The translations under genes and the position numbers were made by a program. From Candidatus Eiseniibacteriota bacterium (lineage in GTDB: Bacteria > Eisenbacteria > RBG-16-71-46 > SZUA-252), in assembly GCA_963703225.1 (NCBI GenBank), contig OY969801.1, positions 1,920,001-1,984,000 of the forward strand: a stretch of 64,000 bases of DNA. Direction: 5' to 3'. Below, in pieces: positions 27,596 to 38,106 of the stretch. The notes beneath the pieces are model-generated. The model was given only the letters and a program-made list of their open reading frames with translations, did not search any database and was not told the DNA's origin. Position 1 is the stretch's first letter; each line of letters opens with the position of its first letter.

Positions 27596-30553
27596 CTACA
27601 ACGTGATCGCCTCGGAGTCGGGGCCGCGCAGGTAGCGGAGCGCCTCCTCAAGGGCCTCGTTCAGCAAGAGCGCCGCCCCCTCCCGGCGGGCTCGATTCAG
27701 ACGCTCTTCACCCAGGAGGGCGGAGAGCTGGGAGAGCACGGCTTCGTGGTCTGCCCGATCGGCTGGCTCGAGCGCGTACCCCGTCGCCTGCCAAATTTCC
27801 TCCGCCGCGCCAAGAAGGCGCGCCGCCGGCCAAACGTCGCCGCACGTCGACGCCAGCTTCCCGCAATTGGCGAGACCCGCCGCGCATACGTGCCTTGCCT
27901 GGAACGCCTGGGAAGCCTCTAGGCAACCGATCAGAGCCCGACGCGCCTCAGCCTCAAGGCCCAGCCGGAGATAGACCTCGGCGAGGTTCGAGAGCGACCC
28001 GCCGATCCCCTCTTGGTCTCCCTGTTCGCGGTGGAGGGAGAGCGCCTCCTCCATGAATGTCCGTGATGCCTCGAAATCCCCCTGTCGAAAGGCCAGATTC
28101 CCCAGGCCGTTGAGGGCCGCCGACATCCCCTTGAGGTTTCCTACGCGCTTATTCAACTCGAGCGACTGCAGGCCGTACTCGCGCGCGAGAGCGTAGTTCC
28201 CTTCTCCGGACGCCACAACCCCGAGACCGGAGAGAGCGCGCGCGACGGCCTTCGAATCCCCCAGCTCCCGCGCGATGTCGAGGCTCTTCGCCATCCGGAT
28301 GCGGGCGGCACCGTTGTCCCCCAGCAGCGAGGCCAACCACCCCGCGCCGTAAAGCGCCCGGACTCGGATCCCCGTGCGCCCTTGGGTTCCCGGTCGGTCC
28401 AGAATCATGGTAAGTGCCCGGAGCCCCGCGGTGTACTCGCATCGCAGCATCCAGAAGTTCCAGAGGCTCGAAGCGAGCCGGAGTGCTGCCCCGTCTCGAC
28501 CGCCCGCACGATCGCACCAGGCGAGCGCCTCCAGGAAATTGTGGTGGTCCGGGGCGAGGCGGGCCAGCGTTCTTGCCTGGTCCATTCCGCCCAGCAAGGG
28601 GTAGGTCTTCTCCGCGAGGGCGATCATGTACCCGATGTGGCGGTCGCGAATCGCCTCGTCCTCTCCCGACTCGCCCAGCCTCTCGAGAGCGAACTCGCGG
28701 ATCGTCTCCAGATACCGGTACCGGGGCTCGCCGGCAGCGGCTCGGTCCACGACGACGAGGGATTTGTTCCAAAGACGTGTCAGCAAGTCGAGCGTGGCGA
28801 ACTCGCCCCGCCCATCTCCCGTAACCTCCGCGGCCGCCTCCAAGGTCCATCCCCCGGAGAAGACCGCCAGACGCCGGAAGAAGGCCCGCTCGACCTCGAC
28901 CATCTGGTCGTGGCTCCACTCGATGGCCGCATGGAGCGTTCGGTGATGCTGGGTCGCCGCCCTCGTGGGCGATGCGAGGAATTGGAATCGATCCGCCAGA
29001 CGGGAACGAATCTGGTCGAGCGTGAGAAGCTGAACGCGGGCGGCCGCCAGCTCGAGGGCCAGCGGGATCCCGTCGAGCCGGCGGCAGATTTCCGCTATGG
29101 CGGCAACGTTCTCCTCTGTCACCGCGAAGGCCGGGTCCGCGCGCCGGGCTCGATCCAAGAAGAGTTGGACTGCCTCCGACTCCAGCGCCGCCCGAGCGCC
29201 GCCCGCGGCCCCTGGCGTCCCGAGTGGCTCGACCAGGAAGATCTGCTCCCCCGGGATTTCGATGGCTTCACGGCTCGTCGCGAGGATTCGGAGGCCGGCA
29301 CAAGCCTGAAGGAGTCGCTGCGCGAGAACCGCCACCGGCGCCGCCAGGTGTTCGCAGTTATCAAGAACCAGGAGCGTCCGCCCTCCCCGAAGGGTCTCGA
29401 GCACCCCCTCTTCGAGCGAAATGTTCGCCGATTCCTTGTGCCCCACGGCGGCGGCGATTGCCTCGAGAATGCGCGCACCGTCCCGGATTGGAGCTAGGTC
29501 CACGAAACAGACCCTGTCCGGGGAGTCCCCTAGGCTGCGGCCGGCCAGCTCGATCGCCAGGCGCGTCTTCCCGCATCCCGCGACACCGATCAGGGTAAGG
29601 AGTCTCGCCTTCGCGAGGAGCTGCGAGCACTTAGCCAGGTCCCGCTGGCGGCCGATGAACCGTGTGAGCAGCACGGGGAGATTGTTGGGTGCGGAGACGG
29701 TGACGGGTGGGCCCGCGCCCGCCGGGGTCGGAACGATCCCCGCGACCTCGGAGAGTATTCGGGACGCTTCCCCCATCCCCGCGGGCCGAGCGTCGGCACG
29801 CTTCTCCAGGCAGCGAGCCAGGAAGGATTGGAGCGGTACCGGCACTCCCTGCGGCACCGCTCCCCAACTTGGCTCCGCGCGAAGGGTCGATTGGATCACC
29901 GCGTCCGTGGTGGGACCTCCGAACGCACGGCTACCCGCGAGACATTCGAACAGAACGCACCCAAAGGCAAAGACGTCTGCCTGCTGGTCCACCCCCTCGC
30001 CACGGATCTGCTCCGGACTCGCGTACCCCGGCGTACCGAGCATCCGATTCTCGGGGCTCGAGTCCAGGGAGTGAATCCGCTTGGCCATCCCGAAATCGAG
30101 CACCTTGACGCGGCCCCGCGGCGTGACCATCACGTTCCCAGGCTTCAGGTCGCGATGGACGACGCCCCGCTCGTGAGCCGCCTCGAGGGCGTCCGCGATC
30201 TGGAGGCCGATCCCGAGCGACTCCTTGATGGCCAAGGGGCCGCGCCGGAGACGCTCCGCCAGCGTCTCTCCGATGATGCGCTCGAGGACCAGGAAGCGCG
30301 TCCCATCGGGCGAGGATTCGAAACCGTGGATGGTGGCGATGCTGGGATGATTGAGTGAGGCGAGAACCCTTGCCTCGCGCTCGAACCACGCGAGCCGCTC
30401 CGGGTCCGTCGCGACTTCATCCGGAAGCACCTTGATGGCGACCTCGCGCTCCAGCGTTTCGTCGCGCGCGAGGTAGACGACCCCCATGCCGCCCCTACCC
30501 AGCGGGGCGAGGACCTCGTACCGTCCGATGTGGGAAGGCAAGGGAGTCGTCAT
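27596..30553 (-). CDS. Ser/Thr kinase + STAND/NB-ARC-like ATPase + TPR protein
   Basis: Kinase motifs; NNLP..TRFIGR, GVAGCGKTRLA, LLVLDNCEHL, ATSRE, LDGIPLALELAA; TPRs. Confidence 0.9.
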   Translation of the reverse strand: MTTPLPSHIGRYEVLAPLGRGGMGVVYLARDETLEREVAIKVLPDEVATDPERLAWFEREARVLASLNHPSIATIHGFESSPDGTRFLVLERIIGETLAERLRRGPLAIKESLGIGLQIADALEAAHERGVVHRDLKPGNVMVTPRGRVKVLDFGMAKRIHSLDSSPENRMLGTPGYASPEQIRGEGVDQQADVFAFGCVLFECLAGSRAFGGPTTDAVIQSTLRAEPSWGAVPQGVPVPLQSFLARCLEKRADARPAGMGEASRILSEVAGIVPTPAGAGPPVTVSAPNNLPVLLTRFIGRQRDLAKCSQLLAKARLLTLIGVAGCGKTRLAIELAGRSLGDSPDRVCFVDLAPIRDGARILEAIAAAVGHKESANISLEEGVLETLRGGRTLLVLDNCEHLAAPVAVLAQRLLQACAGLRILATSREAIEIPGEQIFLVEPLGTPGAAGGARAALESEAVQLFLDRARRADPAFAVTEENVAAIAEICRRLDGIPLALELAAARVQLLTLDQIRSRLADRFQFLASPTRAATQHHRTLHAAIEWSHDQMVEVERAFFRRLAVFSGGWTLEAAAEVTGDGRGEFATLDLLTRLWNKSLVVVDRAAAGEPRYRYLETIREFALERLGESGEDEAIRDRHIGYMIALAEKTYPLLGGMDQARTLARLAPDHHNFLEALAWCDRAGGRDGAALRLASSLWNFWMLRCEYTAGLRALTMILDRPGTQGRTGIRVRALYGAGWLASLLGDNGAARIRMAKSLDIARELGDSKAVARALSGLGVVASGEGNYALAREYGLQSLELNKRVGNLKGMSAALNGLGNLAFRQGDFEASRTFMEEALSLHREQGDQEGIGGSLSNLAEVYLRLGLEAEARRALIGCLEASQAFQARHVCAAGLANCGKLASTCGDVWPAARLLGAAEEIWQATGYALEPADRADHEAVLSQLSALLGEERLNRARREGAALLLNEALEEALRYLRGPDSEAITL

Positions 30554-30787
30554 GGTCCGCCGGGCGAGAGTCTGATGCACCTCGAGGCTGTCGGGACCGA
30601 AACCGTGGCATCGTACCACGCCGAGTCGGGTGCCGGATCGCGGCAACGACCGCCAGACGTTCACGCAAGCTATTGTGGATAAAGACGTTGTCGGTGGGCA
30701 TCGCCCGCCACCGGACGATCAACGTCCACGTTGCGCGGGCCGATACAACCAGGGCAGACCTCACCCCGGAGCGATTCGAGAACAAGC

Positions 30788-32689
30788 ATGGACGAGAATC
30801 CAGAACGAATTCCGGTCATCGTATCGGAGTCGTACGACCTCATCGCCAAGCGGGTCGCGCGGCGGATCGCGGAGATCATTCATGGCCGCGGCGGGGCCGG
30901 GCGGGTACCCGTGCTGGGTCTCGCCACCGGCTCCACGCCCATCGGCATCTATCGAGAGCTGGTCCGGATGCACCGCGAGGAAGGGCTCGATTGGTCCCGG
31001 GTCAAGACCTTCAACCTCGACGAGTACTACCCCATGTTGCCCGACAGCGTTCATAGCTACCACCGCTTCATGTGGGAACATCTGTTCGATCACGTGAACA
31101 TCGATCCGCGGAACGTTCACATTCCTCGAGGAGACCTTCCGCGAGACGAGATCGATGACCACTGCCGCGACTACGAGCGGGCCATCGCTGATGCCGGCGG
31201 CATCGATTTCCAAATCCTGGGAATAGGGCAGACGGGACACATTGGGTTCAACGAGCCCGGCTCAAGCACCGGCTCGCGCACGCGCCTCGTCGTCCTCGAC
31301 AAGATCACCCGCCGCGTCGCCGCGTCCGATTTCTTCGGAACCGAGAATGTTCCCGCCGAGGCGATCACGATGGGTGTCGCGACCATCCTCGAGGCAAGGG
31401 AAATCGCGCTCGTCGCGACGGGCGAGCACAAAGCGGCGATCGTGAAACGATCGGTCGAAGGGGACGTCGATCGATCGGTCACCGCGACCTACCTGCAGCA
31501 GCATCCCAACGCCATCGTTTATCTCGACCCCGCGGCCGCGGCGGAGCTGACTCGCGTGAAGACCCCCTGGCTGCTGCGCGAGATCGAATGGACCCCGGTC
31601 CTCGAGATCGAGGCCGTCGTCTGGCTCGCCCAGGCCACGGGGAAGTCCGTACTCAAGCTGGCCGACGTGGATTATCGCGAGCACCACCTCGGTGCGCTCC
31701 TCGCCCGGCACGGCTCCTCGGCCGCGCTCAACGGCGTCGTCTTCAACGCGCTCAGCGCCAAGATCCGAGGACGCGGCAAGCTCCCCCGAGGACGACGCGT
31801 TGTCGTGTTTTCGCCTCATCCTGACGACGACGTCATCTCCGCTGGAGGAATTCTCTGGAAGCTCCGCGAGAATGAGAACGAGGTCGTCGTGGCGTACCTG
31901 ACCTCCGGCAACATCGCCGTCTTCGATCACGAGGTTCGCCGCTACCTCGACTTCATTCGCCGCACCGCGGGCGATTTCGACTACGCGAGCGACCGCCTGC
32001 GGTCTCTCCTCGGCGAGGTGGAGGAGTACCTGGACCGCAAGCAGCCGGGGGAGGTGGACCCCGAGACGGTTCTCATGCTCAAGCGTCGGATTCGCGAGGT
32101 CGAGGCCGTATCCGCCATTGACACGTTGAAACTGCGGCCGGAGCAGTCCCGGTTCCTGAATCTCCCCTTTTACCAGACCGGAGAGGTCCGGAAGGAGCCG
32201 ATCGGCAAGCGAGACGTGGAGATCATCCTCGAACTGCTTGAGGAGCAGCGCCCGGAGATCATTCTCGTCGCCGGAGATCTCTCCGATCCACACGGCACAC
32301 ACCGCATGTGCAAGGACGCGATCGACCTCGCGCTCGAGCAGTACAAAGGCGCAGCACCGGAGGTGTGGCTCTATCGCGGAGCCTGGGAGGAGTGGTCCAT
32401 CTCCGAAGCCGACATTCTCGTACCGATGTCGGAGGAGGAGCTCCGGCTCAAGATCAGTGCGATCTTCAAGCACCAAAGTCAGAAGGACCGCGCGCCGTTC
32501 CCCGGGGTCGACGAGCGCGAGTTCTGGCAGCGCGTCGAAGAGCGCAACAAGGGAACGGCGCGGCTAGTCGACCAGCTTGGACTGCCGGAGTATTACGCGA
32601 TGGAGGCGCTTGTCGTTCAGCGCGGGACCGGGCCTAGGCCAAACGACCCCACGGCATCGCGCGGGCACGGGATTGCTCAGTCCCGCTGA
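30788..32689 (+). CDS. nagB: Glucosamine-6-phosphate deaminase with C-terminal PIG-L-like domain (NagB-II)
   Basis: LGLATGSTP, FNLDEYY, GHIGFNEPGS; FSPHPDDDVIS, DPHGTH, IFKHQSQKD. Confidence 0.93.
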   Translation: MDENPERIPVIVSESYDLIAKRVARRIAEIIHGRGGAGRVPVLGLATGSTPIGIYRELVRMHREEGLDWSRVKTFNLDEYYPMLPDSVHSYHRFMWEHLFDHVNIDPRNVHIPRGDLPRDEIDDHCRDYERAIADAGGIDFQILGIGQTGHIGFNEPGSSTGSRTRLVVLDKITRRVAASDFFGTENVPAEAITMGVATILEAREIALVATGEHKAAIVKRSVEGDVDRSVTATYLQQHPNAIVYLDPAAAAELTRVKTPWLLREIEWTPVLEIEAVVWLAQATGKSVLKLADVDYREHHLGALLARHGSSAALNGVVFNALSAKIRGRGKLPRGRRVVVFSPHPDDDVISAGGILWKLRENENEVVVAYLTSGNIAVFDHEVRRYLDFIRRTAGDFDYASDRLRSLLGEVEEYLDRKQPGEVDPETVLMLKRRIREVEAVSAIDTLKLRPEQSRFLNLPFYQTGEVRKEPIGKRDVEIILELLEEQRPEIILVAGDLSDPHGTHRMCKDAIDLALEQYKGAAPEVWLYRGAWEEWSISEADILVPMSEEELRLKISAIFKHQSQKDRAPFPGVDEREFWQRVEERNKGTARLVDQLGLPEYYAMEALVVQRGTGPRPNDPTASRGHGIAQSR

Positions 32690-35106
32690 CGCTCGAGCAG
32701 CGCCAGTCGCCGCGTCCCCGGATAGGGCTGGTCCGGCCCCTTGATCATGGCCCACAGGATCCTGTTGAAAAGATCCTCGTTGCCCGGATCTTCGCGGCTC
32801 AGGTCCAGGCGCCGCGTGTCGCTGGCGGCCGCGGTGTGGGCGAGATTGCGCTCGTCCAGTGGCACGCTGGGGACCATCGCTGTGTAGGGTGCCAGGTCCG
32901 GCTTTGCCGAGTAGATCCCCGAGAGCGGTCGTCCGAAGTGGTCGAACTGCGACAGAGACTCCAGCTTTAGGATCTGCGCGATCGTGGCCACAACGTCACT
33001 CGTATTCGCGAAGCGATGGATCACGCCGGGCCGGCTGTAGGCCGATAGAACCAGGAGTGGCGAGCGATGCGAGTCGACGTGGTCGGGACCATCCTGCGCG
33101 TCGTCCTCGACCACGAACACCACCGTATGTTTCCAGAACGGCGAATGTGAGAGCGCCTCGATGACGCGCCCGAGCGCGAGGTCGTTGTCAGCGACGTACG
33201 CGCGCGGAGTCGGCGCGCCGGCTTTCCCGCCCGCCGTGTGGTCATTCGGAAGTCGCAGGAAGGTGAGCGCCGGCATCGTTCCTGCAGCTACGAAGCCTCG
33301 AAACTCCTCGAGCCACGCGTCCGCGCGCTTCTGGTCGGTCGTTTCGAGATCCCATCCCGGAAAGTCCGGCGACGTGTTCGCCGCCAAAAGCGGCTTGGTG
33401 GCGGTCCACCGCCCGGAAGGCCCCCGGATGGTGAACTCGCCATAGTTACGGACCGTGATTCCCGCGCGCGCGGCGGAGTCCCACAAGTAGCCTGTGCCGG
33501 TCTCGTTCACGTCGTCTTCAGGAATCGTATCTCGATTCTCCCCCTCGAAATCATACGATCGGCCACGATCGGAGTAGACGCTTGGGATGGTCTTCTCGAC
33601 GTAGTCCGGCGCGTAGGCGGCGGTCGTCCAGTCATGGCCATCCCCGCTAACTTCGCCGTTTACGAAGAAACGGTCGAAGAGACCGAAGCGCTCGGCTAGG
33701 CCGTGATGATTGGGCGTCACGGCGCGAGGGAAAAAGACGAGTGAGGTGTCGCCGTCCCCCGCACGCAGGTCACCGAACACCTGGTCATACGTGCGGTTCT
33801 CCTTGATGATGTAGATCACGTGCCTGAACGGTGGGTACGCCGCCCGCACGGGCGTTCGGTTCCACCCTTCGGCACGCGCGACGCGACGCGACAGAGCGGC
33901 GAGAGCGCCAGCCGTCGGAAGCGCGAGCGTCGTGAGCGAGCCGGTTGTCTGCCCGAGCGTGTAGGACCCTGGGGCAGGCTCCGACTTGACACCGGGCTGG
34001 CGCCGGTGGGGATTTGGCGCAGTCCCGAGCCCCTTGCCATTCAGCACGAAGAGCGCCCGGTCCCGAAGGAGAACCGCGGTGGGGTACCACTCAACCGGCA
34101 CGCGCCCAAGGAGCCTGTCACCGCCGGCCGCCCCCGGCGCGTCAGCCGTCGCGCCGCCCAGCCCGAACACGGCCGTCGCGTTGTTATCGGCTTCCGCCAC
34201 ATAGAGCGTACGGCCATCGCGAGAGAGGGTGAGCCCGTTCGGGGTGGCGCCCTCAGGCGGTCCCGTCGCGGCCGCGTCGCTCAGCTCCGCGATCACCGAA
34301 TCGCGACGCGTGTCCACAACCGCGATCCGATCGAAGCTCGCGCGGGTGACGAAGAGCCGCGTTCCCTGCGGGTTCAGTGTGATCGCCGACGGATGGCGCC
34401 CCACGGGGATGCGCGGACCTGCGACGAGCCGGCCTTCGCGGGGGAAAAACGTCGCGATCCACGAGCCGCCCCAGGCCGAGACGTACACGCGTCCATCCAG
34501 ACTCACCGCGACTCCGTAGGGGTAGCGGCCAGTCGCCACCCGCTGAACGACGCGGCCGGAGCCGAGGTCGACGACGGCCAGGGAGTCGGCCAGATTTTCC
34601 GCGACGTAAAGCCGTCTGCCGTCCGGCGAGACCGCGAGTCCCGATGGGTAGCGAACCCCCCGGCCGACCACCCCCTTGGAATCGAGCCTGATGCTGTCCG
34701 AAAGGGCCGCCGAATCGGCATCCCACGCGTACCGGTAGACGACGTCCTGGCTCCCTCCGGAGGCGAAGAGCGAGCGCCCGTCAGGGGTGAACGCGAGACC
34801 CAGAAACGCGGCTGGTTGAACAAGCGCCTGGCAGACCTCCCGGCGTGCGGGATTCACGACCTGGATCCCCTGCTCGCGGAATCCGCAGAGCAAGACGACC
34901 ACGCGGGCGGAATCGGGGCTGAACGTCATCGCGAGCGGCATCGACCCGAGCGCGACCGAGGGGCCCGCCGGGTCGAGAGTGACCCCGGTGGGAAGGTGGC
35001 GCGTGTCCGCCTCCGGCCGCGAGCAGGCCACCATCATCGCCGCCGCGAGGAGCGGAATGTGCGCGAGGCGCTGGAACGTCCGGTACGACTCCTTCACGTT
35101 CTCCAC
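32677..35106 (-). CDS. YncE/YVTN beta-propeller + phosphoesterase (alkaline phosphatase/phospholipase C-like)
   Basis: YVTN-type repeats; YIIKENRTYDQVFGD, SGDGHDW, LPNDHT, EDDAQDGPDHVDSHRS. Confidence 0.9.
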   Translation of the reverse strand: MENVKESYRTFQRLAHIPLLAAAMMVACSRPEADTRHLPTGVTLDPAGPSVALGSMPLAMTFSPDSARVVVLLCGFREQGIQVVNPARREVCQALVQPAAFLGLAFTPDGRSLFASGGSQDVVYRYAWDADSAALSDSIRLDSKGVVGRGVRYPSGLAVSPDGRRLYVAENLADSLAVVDLGSGRVVQRVATGRYPYGVAVSLDGRVYVSAWGGSWIATFFPREGRLVAGPRIPVGRHPSAITLNPQGTRLFVTRASFDRIAVVDTRRDSVIAELSDAAATGPPEGATPNGLTLSRDGRTLYVAEADNNATAVFGLGGATADAPGAAGGDRLLGRVPVEWYPTAVLLRDRALFVLNGKGLGTAPNPHRRQPGVKSEPAPGSYTLGQTTGSLTTLALPTAGALAALSRRVARAEGWNRTPVRAAYPPFRHVIYIIKENRTYDQVFGDLRAGDGDTSLVFFPRAVTPNHHGLAERFGLFDRFFVNGEVSGDGHDWTTAAYAPDYVEKTIPSVYSDRGRSYDFEGENRDTIPEDDVNETGTGYLWDSAARAGITVRNYGEFTIRGPSGRWTATKPLLAANTSPDFPGWDLETTDQKRADAWLEEFRGFVAAGTMPALTFLRLPNDHTAGGKAGAPTPRAYVADNDLALGRVIEALSHSPFWKHTVVFVVEDDAQDGPDHVDSHRSPLLVLSAYSRPGVIHRFANTSDVVATIAQILKLESLSQFDHFGRPLSGIYSAKPDLAPYTAMVPSVPLDERNLAHTAAASDTRRLDLSREDPGNEDLFNRILWAMIKGPDQPYPGTRRLALLERQRD

Positions 35107-35144
35107 TTCCCATCCCTCTCTAGCTCAGCCACACCTGATACAGG

Positions 35145-35738
35145 TCATGTCCTAGCTTTCCTCCCATGGAGTAGGCGCGCCAGGGCGATGAGCTGATCCA
35201 GGAGTTGACCGACGAGTTCGGCTGTCTTCGTATCCGTGAGGCGTCCCTCACCATCAAACTTCTCATGCGCGCGACCGACGAGCACTTCGGGCCGGAGCAC
35301 CGCGCACGCCTCCGAGAAACCGAACGATTCCCGAAGCTGGGACTGCGCCCGAGCTGTTCCCGTGAAGCCGGGCGAAGCGCCCATGATCGCGACCGGCTTG
35401 CCCTGCAGCGGGGACTTGCCCGGCGGCCGTGACGCCCAATCGAGTGCGTTCTTCAGAACCCCGGGTACGCCGTGCTGGTATTCGGGCGTCACGATGAGGA
35501 GGGCATCCGCGCTCCGGATGGCATCCTTGAACGCTGCGACTGGACCCGGGTCTCCGGCCTCCTCGACGTCGAAGTTGTAGAGCGGGATATCTCGGAGGTC
35601 GAAGATATCGATCTTCATCCTGGACGGCGCCATCTCGACGGCCGCCCGAAGGAGGCGTCGGTTGAGCGAGTCGCGCCGAAGGCTCCCCGCAAATCCGAGG
35701 ACCCGGAGCGTATCGTCGCCTGGTGCACCGCCCGGCAT
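35145..35738 (-). CDS. NADPH-dependent FMN reductase (ChrR/SsuE-like)
   Basis: GSLRRDSLN, VTPEYQHGVPGVLKNALDWASR, GTARAQ. Confidence 0.92.
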   Translation of the reverse strand: MPGGAPGDDTLRVLGFAGSLRRDSLNRRLLRAAVEMAPSRMKIDIFDLRDIPLYNFDVEEAGDPGPVAAFKDAIRSADALLIVTPEYQHGVPGVLKNALDWASRPPGKSPLQGKPVAIMGASPGFTGTARAQSQLRESFGFSEACAVLRPEVLVGRAHEKFDGEGRLTDTKTAELVGQLLDQLIALARLLHGRKART

Positions 35739-35741
35739 CGG

Positions 35742-35932
35742 CTAGCCTCCCTTGCCCACCTTCAGGAATGTACCGTCCTGGAGTTCCTCGAACGCTTCCC
35801 GCAATTGATCCTGGGTAGAAATGGATCGAACTCACTCGGATCGCCGAATCCGAACGCGCGGCGCAAATGCACGCCGGCGCCTGCCAAAGTGGGCTTCGCC
35901 TTGACGAGCCGCTTTACGGGTCTTACGGACAT
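35742..35932 (-). pseudogene. Pirin family gene collapsed by a large internal deletion
   Basis: Start MSVRPVKRLVKAKPTLAGAGVHLRRAFGFGDPSEFDPFL joined out of frame to the C-terminus TQDQLREAFEELQDGTFLK; junction ~35817. Confidence 0.8.
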
Positions 35933-35938
35933 AAGGGC

Positions 35939-36502
35939 CTACCGTGACTTTTCGGCGGGCGTCTCCTCGGCCTCCTCAAGGGCGGCGAGGAGGCTCTGCT
36001 TATCCCACGACCCATCGAACCGCGCGCCGTTGATGAAGAATGTGGGTGTGCCATTGACCCCGCTTCTCACGCCGCTCGTGAAGTCCTCCCGTACGCGGGC
36101 GGCGTGCGTGTGTGTCTCAAGCTCGCGGGCAAGCCGCTCGGAATCGAGACCCAGCCGGGCCGCGCATGCGACGAGATCCCGCGGTCGGAGGGCATCCTGA
36201 TGCTCGAATAGCGTGTCGTGCATCTCCCAGAATTTCCCTTGCACGCCGGCGGCCTCGGCGGTCTCGGCCGCGTTCGTCGCGTTCGGATGCGCCTCGCTCA
36301 GGGGGAAATTGCGAAACACAAACCGCAGACGCGGGCCGAGCGCCTTTTGGATGGCCTTCACGATCGGATAGGCTCGCCCGCAGTAGGGGCATTCATAGTC
36401 CCCGTATTCTACGAGGCTGACGGGCGCATTCGGCGGACCCTGGGCGTGGTCGCGATCGCCAACCGGTAGAACGAGGGTGGGGCCGTGATGTCCGCGATTC
36501 AT
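35939..36502 (-). CDS. DsbA family thioredoxin-fold protein
   Basis: DHAQG, EYGDYECPYC, FRNFPL, GVNGTPTFFING. Confidence 0.92.
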   Translation of the reverse strand: MNRGHHGPTLVLPVGDRDHAQGPPNAPVSLVEYGDYECPYCGRAYPIVKAIQKALGPRLRFVFRNFPLSEAHPNATNAAETAEAAGVQGKFWEMHDTLFEHQDALRPRDLVACAARLGLDSERLARELETHTHAARVREDFTSGVRSGVNGTPTFFINGARFDGSWDKQSLLAALEEAEETPAEKSR

Positions 36503-37020
36503 GACTTACTCCCCTCATGTTGGAGTGCCTCTAGCGCTGCAAGAATGCCTTCGGCCCCCGGGTTGACGCCCACCGGCGAGACGTGGCTCCAGCGGATCAC
36601 ACCCTCGGCGTCGATGACGAACAGGGCTCGCTCGGTGGTGCCATCCGAGTCGCGATAGACACCATAGGCTCGCGCGACCGCGCCCTTTGGCTCGAAATCG
36701 GCCAGCAGGGGGAAATGCAGCTTCCGATTCGACGCGAAGGCCGCGTGACACCAAGCCCCATCCACTGAGATCCCGAGGAGCGCCGCGTGGTGGCGTCGGA
36801 ATTCTGGCAAGATCTCGTTGTAGAGCGCCATCTGGTCGCTGCAAACCAGGCTCCAGTCGGCAGGATAAAAGGCCAGGATTACCGACTGTCCGCGAAAGTC
36901 CGACAAGGTAACCGCCTGATCCGGCGTGGTCTTCAGCGTGAACTCGGGCGCGCGGCTCCCCGCCTGGAGGGCGCGCCCCTGGTTCGGCCTCGCGCTGAAG
37001 GTCTTCTTGTTGTTGGCCAT
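36499..37020 (-). CDS. AhpC/TSA family peroxiredoxin
   Basis: FYPADWSLVC, GISVD, LLADFEPKG, ERALFVID. Confidence 0.9.
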   Translation of the reverse strand: MANNKKTFSARPNQGRALQAGSRAPEFTLKTTPDQAVTLSDFRGQSVILAFYPADWSLVCSDQMALYNEILPEFRRHHAALLGISVDGAWCHAAFASNRKLHFPLLADFEPKGAVARAYGVYRDSDGTTERALFVIDAEGVIRWSHVSPVGVNPGAEGILAALEALQHEGSKS

Positions 37021-37030
37021 GGGCCCTCCC

Positions 37031-37864
37031 TTATGCCTTCGAGCCGGCTGTGACGTGCTGGCTGGCCCAATCGATCGCGAAGTCCGCGACCTCTTCCCAG
37101 CCCCCTTCCCCGAGGATGTAGTGCGAGCGGCCGGGGAATTCCTTGTAATCGGTGATCGACTTCGACTTCTTGTAGAGCTTGTAGTTCATCTCGACGAGCG
37201 ACGGCGGCGAGACGTGGTCCTTGGCCCCGGCGATGAGCAAGAGCGGCGCGCGGCCGTCGTTGCGGAAATTGACGGATGTCTCCGCGTGGGGGTTCAGGTT
37301 CGCGAACCCCGCCTGGAAGAGCACGTGGTCCGGCCCCGGCACGGCGTAGCGCTCATAGACCTTCCCCGATTCCTCCTCGCTCAGGTTATTGCCGAACGCG
37401 TAGTGGAACTGTTCGGCCGTCAGCGGCGCCACCTTGTGAAGGTTCGCCGGGTTGCTGAGGGCCGGGAACGAGACCTTGAGCGTGGAGAACGGCAAGAGCA
37501 GGACGCCTTTCACCGGGGCGGACGCGATGGCCACGCCGGCCGCGCCGAACCCGCGGTCGATCAGGATCTGCACGAAGAGCCCACCGAATGAGTGGCCCAT
37601 GATGATCGGCGGTCGGTCGAGCTCGCCGATGATCCGTTCGTAATGATCGACGATCTTGGAGACGCCGAGATCGGCGAGGCGAGACGGCTCGCGCCGCAGT
37701 TGCTCGATGTCCCCGTCCATTCCGGGCCAACCCCGATTGATCACGCGGTAGCCGCGGTCCGTGTAGCGTTTGCTCCACTTCTCCCAGCTCAGGGGCGTCA
37801 TCCAGAGGCCATGGATGAAGAGGACGGTATCCGATGAGGCGGATGTTCCGGTGCTCGTGGTCAC
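37031..37864 (-). CDS. Alpha/beta hydrolase
   Basis: FIHGLW, GHSFGG, KDH, GRSH; GGAGGAG RBS before GTG. Confidence 0.9.
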   Translation of the reverse strand: MTTSTGTSASSDTVLFIHGLWMTPLSWEKWSKRYTDRGYRVINRGWPGMDGDIEQLRREPSRLADLGVSKIVDHYERIIGELDRPPIIMGHSFGGLFVQILIDRGFGAAGVAIASAPVKGVLLLPFSTLKVSFPALSNPANLHKVAPLTAEQFHYAFGNNLSEEESGKVYERYAVPGPDHVLFQAGFANLNPHAETSVNFRNDGRAPLLLIAGAKDHVSPPSLVEMNYKLYKKSKSITDYKEFPGRSHYILGEGGWEEVADFAIDWASQHVTAGSKA

Positions 37865-38019
37865 GGCAAGCTCCTCCAGTATGCTTAGAATTGTTTCGTC
37901 TGCGCCTCGAGTGCGTCGCCCAAAGCCTCGACGAAATGTCATAGTCGCAACATCGGCAGCGGGTTCCAGGGATGCGTCACGAAGCGCTGGAACGACAGCT
38001 GGAACAGGCGCCTATGAAA

Positions 38020-38106
38020 TCCTTCGTTAGGTCGTCGGCGTAGGTATCGGTGCCGTCCTCGGTCGTGATACAGCTCGCCGAACTGACGCTCCTGCGCTGT
38101 GCTCAT
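38020..38106 (-). pseudogene. Collapsed remnant of a non-heme haloperoxidase-like alpha/beta hydrolase
   Basis: Reads ITTEDGT directly fused to DTYADDL, two motifs normally ~55-60 aa apart in that family. Confidence 0.5.
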
